Assembly (NCBI GenBank): GCA_964016885.1
Contig: OZ024740.1
Span: 144,398,001-144,462,000 of the forward strand
Reading direction: 5' to 3'
DNA: 64,000 nt
Source: Eledone cirrhosa
Taxonomy: Eukaryota
Positions 61,435 through 64,000 of the stretch are shown here, piece by piece. Each line of letters opens with the position of its first letter. Position 1 is the first letter of the stretch. The notes below the pieces were generated by a model. It saw only the letters and a program-made list of their open reading frames with translations. It ran no database searches and was not told where the DNA came from. The position numbers and the translations under genes are program-made.

Positions 61435-63572
61435 TATGAAAGGCTACTAAATGAGGAGAATAATTGGGAGAAAGGCAGTCTCCCCATATCGACCCAATAG
61501 AGGGACCAGCAGTGTTAGTCGAGGGGAGTATAATAAGTAAGGCAATCAAGGATATGAAGACGGGTAAGGCGGCTGGGCCTTCGGAAATAGTTGCTGAGAT
61601 GCTGAAGGCATCTGGCACGGTGGGACACACCATGGTCACCCGCATAGTTAACCAAGTCGTACAGAATGGGTTGTTCCGAAGGACTGGCATAGCAGCATCA
61701 TCGTTAACTGTTATAAGGGTAAAGGAGACGCCCTAGATAGGAGTAACTATAGAGGCATTAAATTAATCGACCAGGTCATGAAGGTCACGGAAAAAGTAAT
61801 AGCGCAACTAATCAGAGAGAGAATTGACCTAGATGAAATGCAGTTCGGGTTTGTGTCAGGCAAAAGTACCACAAACGCTCTTTTCATAGTACGACAACTA
61901 CAGGAGAAGTACCTAGCTAAAGGTAAACCCCTCTACTTAGCTTTTGTCGACTTGGAGAAAGCCTTCGACAGAGTCCCCCGCTCCATTATCTGGTGGGCTC
62001 TTAGAAAACTAGGCGTTGACGAATGGCTTGTGAGGGCTATACAAGCCATGTATAAAGAAACAGTCAGCAAGGTTAGAATTAACAACGAATATAGTGAAGA
62101 GTTTAGCGTAAAAGTTGGCGTCCATCAGGGCTCTGTTCTCAGCCCACTACTATTTATTATTGCCCTTCAGGCTATAACAGAGGAGTTCAAGACAGGCTGC
62201 CCATGGGAACTCCTATACGCAGACGACCTGACACTCATAGCGGAATCAATGGCCGAGCTAGAGAAGAAATTCCAAACATGGAAGCACGGCCTAGAGTCAA
62301 AAGGACCTAAAATTAACCTGGCTAAGACCAAAGTACTAGTTTGTAGGAAAGAAAACAAGGAGGCGGTCCCTTCTGGGAAATGGTCGTGCTCGGTGTGTAG
62401 GAAAGGCGTAGGTAGAAACTCCATTTTATGTCCTAAATGCAAAGTATGGGTGCATAAAAGATGTAGTGGGATCACAGGTAAGCTAACTAAGAACATAGAT
62501 TTTACATGTGGCCGGTGCTCTGGTGCAATAAGTAGCAGCAAGTGCCCACAAAATACTAGCTCTTTCAATTGCGCAGAGGGTTCTATAGAAATAGTGGACA
62601 GCTTCCGTTACCTGGGCGATAAAATCAGCAGTGGGGGAGGGTGCTCTGAAAGTACTGTAGCTAGAGTCAGAACTGGTTGGAAAAAGTTCAGAGAGCTTAT
62701 ACCACTATTAGCTGCTAAAGGGTTCTCACTAAAAATGAAAGGCAGGTTGTACGATGCCTGCATACGAACAGCAATGCTGCATGGCAGTGAGACCTGGGCA
62801 TTGTGTGCAGAGGATATACGCAGACTAGAGAGGAACGAAGCTTGCATGCTCCGCTGGATGTGTAACAGTAATATACGTGAACGGCAAAGCATAAACGAAC
62901 TAAGGAAAAAATTAGAGATAAGAGGGATCAGATGTTGTTTACTCGAGAGAAGGCTACGTTGGTATGGACACGTGATGCGCATGAAAGTCGATAGCTGTAT
63001 AACAAAGTGCAGGGCAATAAAGATAGACGGTAGTCACGGAATAGGCAGACCTAGAAAAACCTGGGACGAGCTGATAAACTCCGACATCACACACTTACAC
63101 CTCTCCAAGACAATGTCACTGGACCGAGACCTTTGGCGGTACTCAGTAACAGAGAAGACCCGCCTTACCTAAATATATAGTAAAACCTACTCCAGCCAGT
63201 AGGCATCTCTAACAAAATACACCCCGTCCCACCACCCCCACCCCCACCCCATCCACACCACCCCGTTCTATGTAAAGTTATGTTGGTGCCGCGCCATCGA
63301 GGCCGAAACAAATGAGATCGTGTAGGTGTCACGACAAAAAAACACACAGTCCACGCTGTAATGTGGCCGTGTAGGCAACACGGTAAAAACCTCCCAGACC
63401 CACACTGTAAATGTGGTTGGTGTTAGGAAGGGCATCCAACTGTAGAAAACCTGCCAGACAGTCCTATGCGAGCAAGACAATCACTCTTGCCTCAAGTGGG
63501 ACTACCCCCGTCCAAACCCATGCAAGCGTGGAACACGGACGTTAAACGTTGATGATGATGATGATGATGATG
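61435..63572 (+). mobile_element. Young RTE copy G, 5'-truncated (~2.14 kb), + strand
   Basis: 464-aa ORF 61778-63172 with RT motifs, upstream frameshifted piece 61464-61736, 3' UTR and a (GAT)7 tail running into TA repeat. Confidence 0.97.
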
Positions 63573-63626
63573 TATATGTATATATGTATATATATGTATA
63601 TATATATATGTGTATATATATATATG

Positions 63627-63695
<69 letters not shown>

Positions 63696-63864
63696 GTATA
63701 TATATATATGTATATATATATATATGTATATATATATATGTATATATATATATGTATATATATATATATGTATATATGTATACATATGTATATGTATATA
63801 TATGTATATATGTATACATATGTATATGTATATATATGTATATATGTATATATATATATGTATT

Positions 63865-63895
<31 letters not shown>

Positions 63896-64000
63896 GTATA
63901 TATATATGTATGTATATATATATGTATATATATATGTATATATATATGTATATATATATGTATACATATATATGTATATATATATATGTATATATATATA

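Overview
Eukaryotic, AT-rich, repeat-dominated animal DNA; the repeat types suggest an octopus/cephalopod genome (inference only). No host protein-coding exon could be supported. Bases 1-25.6 kb are non-coding sequence with old RTE, CR1-like and CRE retrotransposon remnants, tRNA-type SINEs, a complete non-autonomous Helitron (5778-6629) and a compound GT-rich tandem array (~19.9-22.4 kb). From ~25.67 kb to the end lies a ~38 kb interrupted (TA)n microsatellite field with one 200-N gap. The field carries a near-full-length CR1-group LINE (CCCH-finger ORF1, APE+RT ORF2), seven young 5'-truncated copies of one RTE family with (GAT)n tails, a small inverted-repeat element, and three unrelated non-coding islands containing four minimal type I hammerhead ribozyme motifs of the kind found in Penelope-like elements. 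Two of these motifs face outward from a ~345 bp near-perfect palindrome. The long Y/I/H/T/M/C/V ORFs in the track are microsatellite translation artefacts.
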